64,000 nucleotides of DNA from Eledone cirrhosa (GCA_964016885.1 OZ024763.1:24986001-25050000), one strand, 5' to 3'. Counted from the stretch's first letter, positions 14,229-28,592 are shown. The notes: generated by a model from the sequence alone, not told the origin. Made by a program: numbers and translations.

Positions 14229-14580
14229 GTTCTTCTCTCTCTCTCTCTATCTATCTATCTATATATCTATATATCTCCCCCTTTTTCTCCCTCTCCCTCT
14301 TTCTCTCCCTCTCTCCCCCTCTTTCTCTCCATCCCTCTCTCTATATCTCTCCCTCTCACTCTCTCTTTCTCTCTTTCTCTCTCTCTATCTCTCTCTCTAT
14401 ATATATCTATCTATCTCTGTCTATCTCTTTATCTCTCCCTCTTGTTATCTATTTCTATCTCTTATGTCTCTCAGATAATACCCACATGCCATTTGAAGCA
14501 ACTTATTGAAATATGTTTCAACTTATTGAAACATTTATTAATTTAATGAAGGCACTTTGCCCACCAGCCAACTGACTGAT

Positions 14581-14622
<42 letters not shown>

Positions 14623-14652
14623 TTATATATATATATTTATATTGTATGTGTA

Positions 14653-14686
<34 letters not shown>

Positions 14687-14847
14687 CACATACAATATAA
14701 ATATATACATATATATATATACACATACAATATAAATATATATACATATATATACATATATATAGATATACATATATATATATATATTTATATACATATA
14801 TATATACATATATATAGATATACATATATATATATATATTTATATAC

Positions 14848-14904
<57 letters not shown>

Positions 14905-14917
14905 TACATATATATAC

Positions 14918-14950
<33 letters not shown>

Positions 14951-14959
14951 CATATATAC

Positions 14960-15078
<119 letters not shown>

Positions 15079-15559
15079 TATATAATTGGAAGTCTATATA
15101 CATGAGTCGTAATTGCACGATAAATCCTCTACGCTGATTTTCGGCGACATCAAAGGGAATTTACGTTGAATCACAAACGTAGATGGTGTGTATAGACATA
15201 CATACAAACATACATACATACATTCATACATACATACATACATACATACTTTGTATATATACATTTATATACACAGATGCTTTACGTGTTGAACAAAACG
15301 TGTACATGCGGCAGCGTGATAATTACATATATACGCACACACACACAAATATATATATACATTTATATATATATACATCCATGCTAGAAACGAGCATGTA
15401 TGTATATGTCTGCAAGCAAATATATGTATGTTCGCGTACAAATGTTTATGTAGGTATTACACATAAATATACTTGTAAACATGTCTGGCTGTCTGTCTAT
15501 CTGTCTACCTATAGATATATATGTATATATTAATATATATATATATATATATGTAGATT

Positions 15560-15590
<31 letters not shown>

Positions 15591-15704
15591 GTATATGTAT
15601 ATATGTATATATATGTGTGTGTGTGTGTGTATATATATATATAAATATATATATGTATTTATGTATATATATATATATATATATAAATATGTGTGTGTAT
15701 ATAT

Positions 15705-15762
<58 letters not shown>

Positions 15763-15786
15763 TAATATATATATTTACATATACAT

Positions 15787-15849
<63 letters not shown>

Positions 15850-15868
15850 TATATATTTACATATACAT

Positions 15869-15913
<45 letters not shown>

Positions 15914-15932
15914 TATATATTTACATATACAT

Positions 15933-15993
<61 letters not shown>

Positions 15994-16002
15994 CATATAC
16001 AT

Positions 16003-16085
<83 letters not shown>

Positions 16086-16115
16086 CATATACATACACAC
16101 ACACTCACACATACA

Positions 16116-16165
<50 letters not shown>

Positions 16166-16260
16166 TATATATTTACATATACATACACACACACTCACAC
16201 ATACATATTTATATATATATATATTAATATATATATTTACATATACATACACACACACAT

Positions 16261-16308
<48 letters not shown>

Positions 16309-16394
16309 GTTACGAAATCTATGTAGAACCGTTACAGACAAAAGAGACAAGACAAGAAGAGAGACTAGAAACGAGAGAGAGTGAGAGAGAAACA

Positions 16395-17221
16395 AGCACT
16401 GAGAGAGAGAGAGACTAGCACTGAGAGAGAGAGACTAGCACTGAGAGAGAGAGAGACTAGCAGTGAGAGAGAGAGAGAGACTAGCAGAGAGATAGAGAGA
16501 GACTAGCTATGAGAGTGATAGATTGAGAGAGAGAGACCAACAATGAGAGTGAGTGATTAAGAGAGAGAGAGAGAGACTAGAAGTGAGAGAGAGAGAGACT
16601 AGCAGAGAGATAGAGAGAGACTAGCAATGAGAGTGAGAGATTGAGAAAGAGAAAGAGAGGGGCTAGAAGTGTGAGAGAGAGATAGAGAGAGAGAGACTAG
16701 CAATGAGAGAGAGAGAGAGACTAGCAATGAGAAAGAGGGAGACTAGCAATGAGAGAGAGACTAGCAATAAGAAAGAGGGAGACTAGCAATGAGAGAGAGA
16801 GAGAGACTAGCAATGAGAGAGAGAGAGAGACTAGCAATGAGAGAGAGAGAGAGACTAGCAATGAGAGAGAGAGACTAGCAATGAGAGAGAGAGAGAGACT
16901 AGAAATGAGAGAGAGAGAGACTAGCAATGAGAGAGAGAGAGACTAGCAATGAGAGAGAGAGAGACTAGCAATAAGAGAGAGAGAGACTAGCAATGAGAAA
17001 GAGGGAGACTAGCAATGAGAGAGAGAGAGACTAGCAATGAGAAAGAGGGAGACTAGCAATGAGAGAGAGAGAGAGACTAGCAATGAGAGAGAGAGAGACT
17101 AGCAATGAGAGAGAGAGAGGGAGACTAGCAATGAGAAAGAGGGAGACTAGCAATGAGAAAGAGGGAGACTAGCAATGAGAAAGAGGGAGACTAGCAATGA
17201 GAGAGAGAGAGAGAGACTAGC

Positions 17222-17258
<37 letters not shown>

Positions 17259-17262
17259 AGCA
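16395..17262. repeat. (GA)n-ACTAGCAAT minisatellite
   Basis: gagactagcaatgagaga unit repeated about 35-40 times with variable GA length. Confidence 0.92.
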
Positions 17263-17569
17263 TGAGGGTCATTGATAGATAGCTAAAGAGGCAGAGACAC
17301 ACAGAGACAGAGACAGAGAGAGAGAGAGAGAGAGGAGCGGAGGTAGTGTAGATCTGAAAATGGAGGACGGTAGAGGGAGTAATGGTCTGTGTTACAGTGT
17401 TAAGTCTTTTGAAGATCTTCCGCCTCGGTTCAGACAGTCATTCGTATTGATGAATCTATTGAAAAGCTGTAAAATCAATGAATTATTTCGATAGATTATT
17501 AGGAGTCATCCAAGTGGAAAAATGGGTTAGTTTATTTGTTTGACTTTTCAGCCTTTTTACATACCACAG

Positions 17570-17609
<40 letters not shown>

Positions 17610-17632
17610 GTATATACGCACACCTATGTATG

Positions 17633-17664
<32 letters not shown>

Positions 17665-17688
17665 TATATACGCACACCTATGTATGTA

Positions 17689-17742
<54 letters not shown>

Positions 17743-17760
17743 TTCATACATAGGTGTGCG

Positions 17761-17791
<31 letters not shown>

Positions 17792-17985
17792 ATGTATATA
17801 TATGTATATATATATATATTTATATATATGTATGTGTGTATGTATATATATGTATGTGTGTATGTATATATATATGTATATATATATCTATATATATATA
17901 TATATGTATGTGTGTATGTATATATATGTATATATATATCTATATATATATATATATATATATAGATATATAGATATATAGATAG

Positions 17986-18069
<84 letters not shown>

Positions 18070-18389
18070 ATACTTTTGTACAGAATTCATTGCCAATATA
18101 CACTCAAGCAAACGGATCGACACAATCAATCATTCCATCATATTCAATACCCACATATATATACACACATATATATATACATACAAATATGTATGTATGT
18201 ATATATATATGTGTGTGTGTATATATGTATATAAATATATATATATAGAGAGAGAGAGATATGTAATATATATATACATATATATATATATTTATGTATA
18301 TATATATATAATCTTTTAATCTTGAACTATATATATATATATGTATATATTAATTTTAAACCATATATATACATATATATATATACACA

Positions 18390-18444
<55 letters not shown>

Positions 18445-18473
18445 TTTTAAACTATATATATATATTAATTTTA

Positions 18474-18512
<39 letters not shown>

Positions 18513-18791
18513 TACACACAAATTCACTCACATACACATATATACACGGATTAAAGGTGTGTTAAGAGGCCTCCCATTTTCTTGTTTTTCCTAACTGAAC
18601 ATATGTATAAGGACGTGTTCATCCAATATGGAAGCTGGGGTGGGCGAGAGACTGTGAGAGCGGAAACGGGGAGTAAGGCCAATTTGTTAACCCGCTAGAT
18701 GTCACTAACAGTTCATTTATCTATCTTACTTGTCAATCAGTCAGGCCTGTCTGTCAGTTTTACTGCCTGCCTGTTGGTGTGTATATATATA

Positions 18792-18855
<64 letters not shown>

Positions 18856-18933
18856 ATATATATTTATATAGATATATATATATATTTATATATATACATA
18901 TATATTTATATATATATATATTTATATATATAA

Positions 18934-18969
<36 letters not shown>

Positions 18970-19125
18970 ATAAATGTATATATATATGTTTGTATATATA
19001 TATATGTTTGTGTGTATATATATATATATTATATATATATGTATATATATATATATATGTTTGTATATGTATATATATATGTTTGTATATGTATATATAT
19101 ATGTTTCTATATGTATATATATATG

Positions 19126-19156
<31 letters not shown>

Positions 19157-19279
19157 CAGAGAGAAGGAAGAAGAAAATGAAGAAGGTGGAGGAGGGGGGG
19201 GGGGGGGTTGTCATTAAGAAAAGCAAAGGAGACTTTACGTGACGCGGTTCAGTTAACACCTCTTACAGTATAGCGTGTG

Positions 19280-19318
<39 letters not shown>

Positions 19319-19366
19319 TAGTATATACAAGAGATAACCATTTCAACACTTGAATAAGAGAGTGTG

Positions 19367-19404
<38 letters not shown>

Positions 19405-19754
19405 TGAGAGAGAGAGAGGGGGGAGAAGGACAGAGAGAAAGAAAGAGTGAGATAGACAGACATTTATTACGTGTGAGACGGCAAGACAGAGAGAGAGAGA
19501 GAGAGAGAGAAAGAGGGGGCCGGAAAAGGGGAGAGTGGGAGGCAGATAAAAAGAAAGAGCCAAAGATAGAGAGAGAGGAGGGCCAGAGAGCGAGAGAGAC
19601 AGAAAGATTGAGAGATGCGGAAACGGGGAGAGCGAGACAGAGAAAGAAAGAGAGACGGATAGACAGATAGATAGAGAGAGAGCAGGAGAGAAAGCGTGAT
19701 AGAGACAGAGATGGATAAAGAGGGAGACAGAGAGGGAGAAAAAGAGAGACAAGG

Positions 19755-20135
19755 AGATGATCGGTCCATAGAATTCCTAGAAAAGAGAGATAGATAGAGA
19801 GGACAGACAGACAGACAAAAAGAGAGACAGACAGACAGAGAGATAGATGATCGGACCACAGAATTCCTACAAAAGAGAGAGAGAAGGACAGACAGACAGA
19901 CAGACAGATAGATGACCGGACCACAAAATTCCTACAAAAGAGAGAGAGAAGGACAGATAGACAGATAGACAGACAGAGAGACAGATAGACAGACACAAAG
20001 TGAGATAGATGATCGGACTATAGAATTCCTACAAGAGAGAGAGACATACATACATAGACAGAGAGACATGCAGACATAGACAGACAGACAGACATACAGA
20101 AAGTCAGATAGATGATCGGACCATAGAATTCCAAC
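19755..20135. repeat. Five copies of gatgatcggacca.agaattcctac separated by (GACA/GA)n
   Basis: Copies at ~19756, 19846, 19908, 20008, 20109. Confidence 0.8.
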
Positions 20136-20369
20136 AAATGAAATCTCTTCAAACACTTCTGCTTGAGAGACGCCATTTATAAAAGGTATTTCACCAAAAG
20201 ACAATATGGCGACCATAACAATTTCGTTCGTTTGTTTTGAAGGAGAGGTTTGTCTTCGTTACTATTCTTGTTCCTTTCTATAAAGGTGTATTGTGATGTT
20301 GTTGGTAACAGTTTCTAGTTTACTTCTCTCGGACAAAGTCATTGGCTTGTCACCTAAAAACATGTCTAG

Positions 20370-20725
20370 CTTGTTGTTCTTGTTGTTGTTGTTACATTTG
20401 TTGCTCTCCTTCTTCTTTGCCTTCTTATTTGCCTTCTTTGCCTTCTTATTTGCCTTTCTCTTCTGCTTCTTATTCATTTCATTCTTCTTCTTCTTCTTCT
20501 TCTTCTTCTTCTTCTTCTTCTTCTTCTTCTGCTTCTTATTCATTCCATTCTTCTCCGCCTTCTTCTTCTTCGTGTTCTTCTTCTTTTTTCTTCTCCCTCT
20601 TCTTCTTCTCCCTCTTCTTCTTCGTCTTTTTTTCTTTACTTCTCCTTCATTTCCTTTCTTCTTCATTTGCTTTGTTCTCTTCTTCCTTCACTCCTCCTCC
20701 TTCTCTGTTTTCTTCTTTATTTTCT
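20370..20725. repeat. (CTT)n low-complexity tract
   Basis: Direct inspection. Confidence 0.9.
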
Positions 20726-20969
20726 GACCAATGAGCAAAGATGTTCTGACCATGACCATCACTTATTTACCAGGGACTACATAATCTAATGGGTTCTGTA
20801 CTCATACATAGACTATACGACGTAGTTTCAGAGATATTTGGCTGCTATTTCTAGCAGTGTCAAAGAAGTTTATGACGTGCCATGCCATAGACTCTTAACT
20901 CTTGCTTGAGTCGTAGGAACGCCGCCGTCACACAGAGCGTGTCTAGAGCATTTAAAGCCTTGATGCGTG

Positions 20970-21609
20970 AAATTGTGGGTATTTTGTTTGTGTTGTGTAT
21001 ATGAGTGTGTGTGGGTATTTTCTTTTTGTGTATATGTGTGTACGTGTGTGTTGTGTGTGGAAGTATTTTGTTTGTGTTGTGTATATGTGTGTATGTTTCG
21101 TGTTGTATGTATATGTGCTGTGTGTGTTTGTGTGTGTGAGTATTTTGTGAGTTGGGTGTCAGGTGTGTGTGTGTTTGTGTGTATGTATGTTTTGTTTGTG
21201 TTTTGTATATGTGTGTATGTGGTGTGTGTATGTTTGTGGGTATTTTATTGGTTGGGTGTCATGTGTGTTTGTGTGTATGTATGTGATGTGGTGTGTGTGT
21301 GTGTGTGTGAGTGTATTTTGTGTGTGTTTGTGTTTTGGATATGTGTATATGTGTCGTGATATGTGTATATGTGTTGTGTGTAGGTGTCTGTATATTTGTT
21401 GTGTTTTGTGTGTCTGTGTGTTGTGTGTGTCTGTGTGTGTGCCTCTGTGTGTATGTGTGTGTGTGTGTGCCTCTGTGTGTCTGTGTGTCTGTGCCTCTGC
21501 GTGTGTGTGTGTGTGTGTGTGCTTCTGTGTGTCTGTTCTGTATGTGTGTGCCTCTGTGTGTGTATGTGTGCCTCTGTGTGTCTGTGTGTGTGTGTGCGCG
21601 CCTCTGTGT

Positions 21610-21648
<39 letters not shown>

Positions 21649-21690
21649 TCTGTGTGCTTCTGTGTGTGTTTGTGTGTCTGTGTGTCTGTC
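20970..21690. repeat. Degenerate (TG)n tract
   Basis: Direct inspection. Confidence 0.9.
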
Positions 21691-21984
21691 TTTGGTGTTT
21701 TCCGTGTAGTATATAATATAGTATTCGCGCAAACCTGTCAGCAGGCCGGAAGTTCAATTCACGGACGCTGCCATTATCACACTTTTCAGTTACGTGATGT
21801 CGCATCAAATGTCGCACTTAGCGAGGAGGAGAAGAAGAAGAAGAAGATGAAGAAGAAGAAGGAGAAGAAGTGAAAGACACGGACTAAATTCTGTGAAAGA
21901 GATTCTTGGCATATCATAAAAGTCACGAAATATTATGTACCAACCTATGTCTATATGTGTTTACTTAACATGTAAATGTTATAT

Positions 21985-22121
21985 GATCTGTCTGTCTGTC
22001 TGTCTGGCTGGCTGTGTATCTGTCAGTCTGTCTGTCAGTCTGTCTGTGTATCTGTCTGTATGCCTGTGTATCTGTCTGTCTATCTGTGTATTTGACTGTC
22101 AGTCTGTCTGTGTATCTGTCA

Positions 22122-22192
<71 letters not shown>

Positions 22193-24083
22193 GGTCTGTC
22201 TGTGTATCTGTCAGTCTGTCTGTATGCCTGTCTGTCAGTCTGTCGGTATGTCTGTCTGTCTGTGTATCTGTCAGTCTGTGTATCTGTCAGTCTGTCTGTC
22301 GGTCAGTCTCTATTTGTTTAACAGTCTGTCTGTGTCTCTGTCTGTCTGTGAATCTGTCTGTCTGTCTCTATCTGCCTGTCAGTCTGTCAGTCTGTCAGTC
22401 TCTGCCTGTCTGTGTATCTGTCAGTCTGTCAGTCTCTGTCTGTCTGTGTATCTGTCAGTCTGTCAGTCTCTGTCTGTCTGTGTATCTGTCAGTCTGTCAG
22501 TCTCTGTCTGTCTGTGTATCTGTCAGTCTGTCAGTCTGTCAGTCTCTGCCTGTCTGTGTATCTGTCAGTCTGTCAGTCTCTGCCTGTCTGTGTATCTGTC
22601 AGTCTGTCAGTCTGTCAGTCTCTGCCTGTCTGTGTATCTGTCAGTCTGTCAGTCTGTCAGTCTCTGCCTGTCTGTGTATCTGTCAGTCTGTCAGTCTGTC
22701 AGTCTCTGCCTGTCTGTGTATCTGTCAGTCTGTCAGTCTGTCAGTCTCTGCCTGTCTGTGTATCTGTCAGTCTGTCAGTCTCTGCCTGTCTGTGTATCTG
22801 TCAGTCTATCAGTCTGTCAGTCTCTGCCTGTCTGTGTATCTGTCAGTCTGTCAGTCTGTCAGTCTCTGCCTGTCTGTGTATCTGTCAGTCTGTCAGTCTG
22901 TCAGTCTCTGCCTGTCTGTGTATCTGTCAGTCTGTCAGTCTCTGCCTGTCTGTGTATCTGTCAGTCTATCAGTCTGTCAGTCTCTGCCTGTCTGTGTATC
23001 TGTCAGTCTGTCAGTCTGTCAGTCTCTGCCTGTCTGTGTATCTGTCAGTCTGTCAGTCTGTCAGTCTCTGCCTGTCTGTGTATCTGTCAGTCTGTCAGTC
23101 TGTCAGTCTCTGCCTGTCTGTGTATCTGTCAGTCTGTCAGTCTGTCAGTCTCTGCCTGTCTGTGTATCTGTCAGTCTATCAGTCTGTCAGTCTCTGCCTG
23201 TCTGTGTATCTGTCAGTCTGTCAGTCTGTCAGTCTCTGCCTGTCTGTGTATCTGTCAGTCTGTCAGTCTGTCAGTCTCTGCCTGTCTGTGTATCTGTCAG
23301 TCTGTCAGTCTGTCAGTCTCTGCCTGTCTGTGTATCTGTCAGTCTGTCAGTCTGTCAGTCTCTGTCTGTCTGTGTATCTGTCAGTCTGTCAGTCTCTGTC
23401 AGTCTGTCAGTCTCTGTCTGTCTGTCAGTCTCTGTCAGTCTGTCAGTCTCTGTCAGTCTCTATCAGTCTCTGTCTGTCTGTCAGTCTCTGTCTGTCTGTG
23501 TATCTGTCAGTCTGTCAGTCTCTGTCAGTCTCTGTCAGTCTCTGTCAGTCTCTGTCTGTCTGTCAGTCTCTGTCAGTCTGTCAGTCTCTGTCTGTCTGTC
23601 AGTCTCTGCCTGTCTGTGTATCTGTCAGTCTGTCAGTCTCTGTCTCTCTGTCAGTCTGTCAGTCTCTGTCTGTCTCTGTCTGTCTGTCAGTCTCTGTCAG
23701 TCTGTCAGTCTCTGTCTGTCTCTGTCTGTCAGTCTCTGTCAGTCTGTCAGTCTCTGCTTGTCTGTGTATCTGTCAGTCTCTGTCTGTCTGTCAGTCTCTG
23801 TCAGTCTGTCAGTCTCTGTCTGTCTGTCAGTCTCTGCTTGTCTGTGTATCTGTCAGTCTCTGTCAGTCTCTGTCTGTCTGTCAGTCTCTGTCAGTCTGTC
23901 AGTCTCTGTCAGTCTCTGTCAGTCTCTGTCAGTCTCTGTCTGTCTGTCAGTCTCTATCAGTCTGTCAGTCTCTGTCTGTCTGTCTGTCTGTCTGTGTATC
24001 TGTCAGTCTGTCAGTCTGTCAGTCTCTGTCAGTCTGTCAGTCTGTCAGTCTCTGTCAGTCTCTGTCAGTCTCTGTCAGTCTGA
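21985..24083. repeat. (TCTG)n-derived minisatellite, 34/42-bp unit tctctgcctgtctgtgta(tctgtcag)2-3
   Basis: Homogeneous core 22.4-23.4 kb with degenerate flanks. Confidence 0.92.
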
Positions 24084-24124
24084 CTGCATGAGAGCATTAA
24101 TTAATAATTATTTATATTATATTG

Positions 24125-24308
24125 GATTGGCAGTATCGGTAGAGGGTCGGATGCCATGCTTTCCAGCATAGTTACGTCCCTTTACGATCTGAGTTCAAAT
24201 CCCGCCGAGGTTGACTTTGCCTTTCATCCTTACGGGGTCGATAAAATAAAGTACCAGTAATGAACTAGGTAATTGCTGGCCTTGTGCCTAAAGTAGAAAC
24301 AATTATAT
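24125..24308 (+). mobile_element. tRNA-derived SINE
   Basis: A-box-like tggcagtatcgg, B box gagttcaaatcc (24191-24202), central gactttgcctttcatcctt.cggggtcgataaaat, tail gctggccttgtgcc.aaagtagaaacaattat; second copy at 26882. Confidence 0.85.
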
Positions 24309-24578
24309 CTTGCAGTGGCCATATTCGATAACGAGGGTCAGCCATCATGTATGTATGTATGATGTATGTATGTATGTGTGCATGTATGTATGTGTGTGTG
24401 TATGTATGTGTATATGTATGTATGTATGTGTGTATGTCTGTATATATGTATGTATGTGTGTATGTATGTGTATATGTATGTATGTATGTATGCCTATCTG
24501 TCTTTTTTTCAAAACGTTCCTCGTCTATATATTCCTCATTCTATCATGGCCGCCATTAAGCAAGCAGTATATATATAT

Positions 24579-24668
<90 letters not shown>

Positions 24669-24729
24669 TGTGTGTTATATTGTCTTCAATTTTTTTTTTT
24701 AATTTATAATAAATTTGAGTGAAAGCAAC

Positions 24730-24835
24730 GGGTGCCTGTGTTTCTTATTGACAACATGACCCTCCCAAAGTATAACAATATCGGTTTCAACACACGTTTT
24801 CAGATAAAGAATCTTGCTAAACAAATTCAGAAACG

Positions 24836-24838
<3 letters not shown>
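24730..24838. mobile_element. Small dispersed element flanked by (TA)n, family E
   Basis: Nearly identical to 29079-29186. Confidence 0.7.
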
Positions 24839-24879
<41 letters not shown>

Positions 24880-25598
24880 ATATGTATGTACACACATGCA
24901 TCCTTCTATTATGTTTGTACACATTGCCTCAATATTGTAACCTGCAATTTCAAAAGACATCGTTATTTGTCTAAGAGATAATATATTATATAATTAAATT
25001 TAAATTACTGCTTCCAGCTAACTTTACCAACATTATCAGTGAATGCTGTCCTGTTCTGTTTATTCTTTGATTCCGATATTCTAGTTTCAGATACAGATTC
25101 AGTCGTTGAACATCAGATTAAACAAATAATGAAAGGAACATTAGAATAGAATAGAAAGTAAGAAGTAAGGAAACAACCGAGGAGAAAAAAGAGGTAGTGA
25201 GGGAAGGGAGATAACTTGAATGGAAGATGGAGGATGTGAGGATGTGGAAGCTATGTTTTAATTATTTTGGTTTATACCTTTCTTTCTGTTTGTTGTGGTG
25301 TAACGATTTGCTTCATCTGATATTTCTATCATCAATTGATTTTTATTATTAACAGCCATTCGTTACTTGTGCGTGCGTTCCTGTAAATGTACGTCTTTCT
25401 TTCTCTCATCTTTCTCTCTCTCTGTCTTTCTTTCTCTCTCTCTCTCTTTCTTTCTCTCTCTCTTTGCTCTCTTTCTCTCTCTCTCTTTGCTCTCTTTCTC
25501 TCTTTCTCTCTCGCTCTCTTATATATAAGGGGGAGAGAGGTAGGCTGAGAAAGAAAGAGAGAATCTACATATAACATTAAGAAAAATGACTTCAGATA

Positions 25599-25630
<32 letters not shown>

Positions 25631-25774
25631 CACATATATACATTGAGCTAAAACCACACTGTCATACCAAGGGCAATATATCTGCGTGTCTGGGCACATT
25701 GATATACTTGTCAACGAAACTATATATATATACATTATATACATATATATACACATTTACACACACACACACAC

Positions 25775-25858
<84 letters not shown>

Positions 25859-26130
25859 TTGTTTGTATGGTTGTATGTATACACATATACAGAGAAAGCG
25901 AGGAGAAAATTGCACAAAGAAATTAAGAGATATATACACAGCGGACAATAAAATGAAACAAAAGACGCAAACATCCGAATCCTTCGTTAGCTGTTAATGT
26001 AGTTCATGACAATTCGGGTCTTAAATGACACTACCGCTAACTTTACAGTAATTCCAATTGCTATTTATAATGCTACACAGACATCGATAATCACTCTATA
26101 ATATATTGTTTTAATTATTATCTATACGGA

Positions 26131-26272
26131 AATTTAATTTGATTAATTATAGCTGTCGAAACGGCCGCAGCTCAGCCGTCGGGGTCCTGACTATTTTCCT
26201 ATTACCCACTCTACTACCCTAAATATCGAATACTCTGGTGCCTTATGGTCCACCTAGTTCTTTACCACACTT

Positions 26273-26277
<5 letters not shown>
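26131..26277 (+). mobile_element. Family C element with HHR 3' half, ending in (TA)n
   Basis: tagctgtc GAAA cggccgcagctcagccg TC ggggtcc; the 3' part is the reverse complement of 30280-30400. Confidence 0.65.
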
Positions 26278-26353
<76 letters not shown>

Positions 26354-26356
<3 letters not shown>

Positions 26357-26530
26357 TTAATATAGATGAGATTCTACAGGACTAGAACTGTTTCATTCTT
26401 TAGAAATCATCAGGAATCTCTGATGAAACAGTTCTAGTCCTGTAGAGTCTCATCTATATTAAAACTTTTATACTCTGCAATGTATTGAGTACCTTACTTA
26501 CTGTGGTTACCTCCGATTCAACCCGGAATA

Positions 26531-26532
<2 letters not shown>
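26354..26532. mobile_element. Family B element with inverted head, inserted in (TA)n
   Basis: Hairpin 26354-26465; 26424-26531 is near-identical to 32665-32771. Confidence 0.8.
26369..26419 (-). ncRNA. Type I hammerhead ribozyme, intact core (family B)
   Basis: Minus strand: agattc CTGATGA t-ttc-taaa-gaa-t GAAA cag-ttctagtc-ctg TA gaatct. Confidence 0.8.
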
Positions 26533-26602
<70 letters not shown>

Positions 26603-26781
26603 TTATTCAGCTCTCATTGTAAATCAGTGTGTCCATGTTTCTAAATACAAATTGGAAGCGAAAATATTTCACTATATATAAAAATACCCTTACACCTAGA
26701 CCTTCTAGATTTCTTGTATTGAGTCATATATATATATATATAATACAAGGACTAAAGGTTACACCTTCATTACGTCTATTG

Positions 26782-26872
26782 GTTGGTGACGTGCGTTTCG
26801 CTACTGATCAGCTCAAGGTTCGATCTGTATCGATCTGGCCCTACTCTGGAATCAAAAGCTCGTCGGACCTAC
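26782..26872 (-). ncRNA. Hammerhead-like motif with long stem II insertion (U4C core)
   Basis: Minus strand: gtaggt CCGACGA gct-[~54 nt]-agc GAAA cg-ca-cg TC accaac. Confidence 0.5.
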
Positions 26873-26881
26873 TACTACAGA

Positions 26882-27074
26882 GGTGAATTGGGAGTATCGG
26901 TGGAGGGTCGGACGCCATGCTTTCCAGCATAGTCACGTCCCTTTACGGCGTGAGTTCAAATCCCGTCGAGGTTAACTTTGCCTATCATCCTTACGGGGTC
27001 CAAAAAATAAAGTACCGGTAATGTACTGGGATAATTGCTGGCCTTGTGCCAAAAGTAGAAACAATTATTATATT
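26882..27074 (+). mobile_element. tRNA-derived SINE (second copy)
   Basis: B box gagttcaaatcc 26952-26963; aligns along its length with 24125-24308. Confidence 0.85.
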
Positions 27075-27202
27075 ACACAGTCTAACTCTACACCTCGATA
27101 CAGACGGGAACCTAAACATCGAGTGCTCACCTGGGTGAACCTACAGTAACTTCGCGTTACACTCCCAGGATATATATATATATATATTTATTTTATAGAA
27201 GG

Positions 27203-27253
27203 AGCTTCTACAGGACTAGTACTGTTTCATTCAGATGAAATCTTCAGGAAGCT
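27203..27253 (-). ncRNA. Type I hammerhead ribozyme, intact core (family B variant)
   Basis: Minus strand: agcttc CTGAAGA t-ttc-atct-gaa-t GAAA cag-tactagtc-ctg TA gaagct. Confidence 0.8.
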
Positions 27254-27786
27254 GGGTGTCATATTAAGTTCTGGTATTTATACATTTAAGTAGTGGTAAG
27301 GGAGGGGTGGTGGCTGGGGGGGGGGGGGGGGGGGGTTGTGTATCTAAATACCTTTCTGTGACACCTAAATCAAAATACAGTCTCCTTAAAAATATAAGCT
27401 TTGTGTATAACGATCGAACAAGGAATATCACGTTATCAACAGGTATTTCGCTCTGTACCAAATAAGGGAATGACACGGTGGTAAGTTAAACCACGTGTGG
27501 AAATCACAAGGGGAATAACCCCAGATTTTGGCAAAGTAATTCAGTTGGCGTAGATCATGCGAAAAATAGCATAAATAGCACAAATCGAATAAGTTCTCAA
27601 CCGAGTAGTTTAAAATAAACTTATACAATTAACCTGTCAATAGAAATTATTAACAAGTTAATTGTAAGACATGGGAGATTAATACAAATAAAGATTCAGC
27701 GAGAATCGCATTTTCGGCGGGCAGGAAAAGCGAAGCGAAACTATCTAATTATAAATGAGGAAAAATAATTCACCATACTCACATAT

Positions 27787-28045
<259 letters not shown>

Positions 28046-28554
28046 TGGGAGACAAGACACTGTTGTGTACAAATTGGTAACCACGTAGCAACTGAAGAGT
28101 AAAAAGACATCTTGTATTCTCCTGTCGAACTCTCGTGTTTAATAAATTTCATTAATTCGATTCTAGTTCCTTTCAAGTGAACACTACAAAAATTCATTTT
28201 AGTGCTTCTCTCTCTCTCTATCTTTCTCTCCCCTCTTTCTTTCTCTCTCTGTCTCTCTTTCTTTCTTTCTTTCTTTCTCTGTCTCTCTTTCTTTCTTTCT
28301 CTCTGCCCTCTCCTCTCTCTCTCTTTCTCTCTGCCCTATCTCTCTCTCTCTTTCTCTCCTCTCTCTTTCTCTCTTTCCTCTCCACTCTCTTTCTCTCTCT
28401 CCTCTCTCTCCCTCTCTCTATATATCCCTCCCTCTCTCTCCCTCCCTCTTCCTCTCTCTCTCCCTCACTCTCTCTCTCTGTCTCTCTCTTTTTCCAGTAC
28501 TTCCTCTTCTAACTCTTCTCTATCTTTCTATTTCAACTGTTACTTCTAATTCTA

Positions 28555-28592
28555 TCTTCTTATGAAGGACTAGCTTCCGAAACGTAAAAACT
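28555..28592 (+). ncRNA. Decayed Penelope-type minimal hammerhead
   Basis: CTTATGA a-gga-ctagct-tcc GAAA cg TA; G5 mutated, stem I poor. Confidence 0.4.

Noticed and set aside
22014-24171. Cys/Ser-rich ORFs in three frames
   Set aside because: Stop-free minisatellite open in all + frames
24125-24210. tRNA gene
   Set aside because: A/B boxes are present but there is no cloverleaf; it continues into a SINE body and has a second dispersed copy
27264-27740. Possible Penelope RT/GIY-YIG coding remnant upstream of the 27203 ribozyme
   Set aside because: The short ORFs show no recognisable RT or GIY-YIG motifs; a tBLASTn/HMM search would be needed
28098-28140. ctgaaga motif (also at 31323)
   Set aside because: No properly placed GAAA or stems
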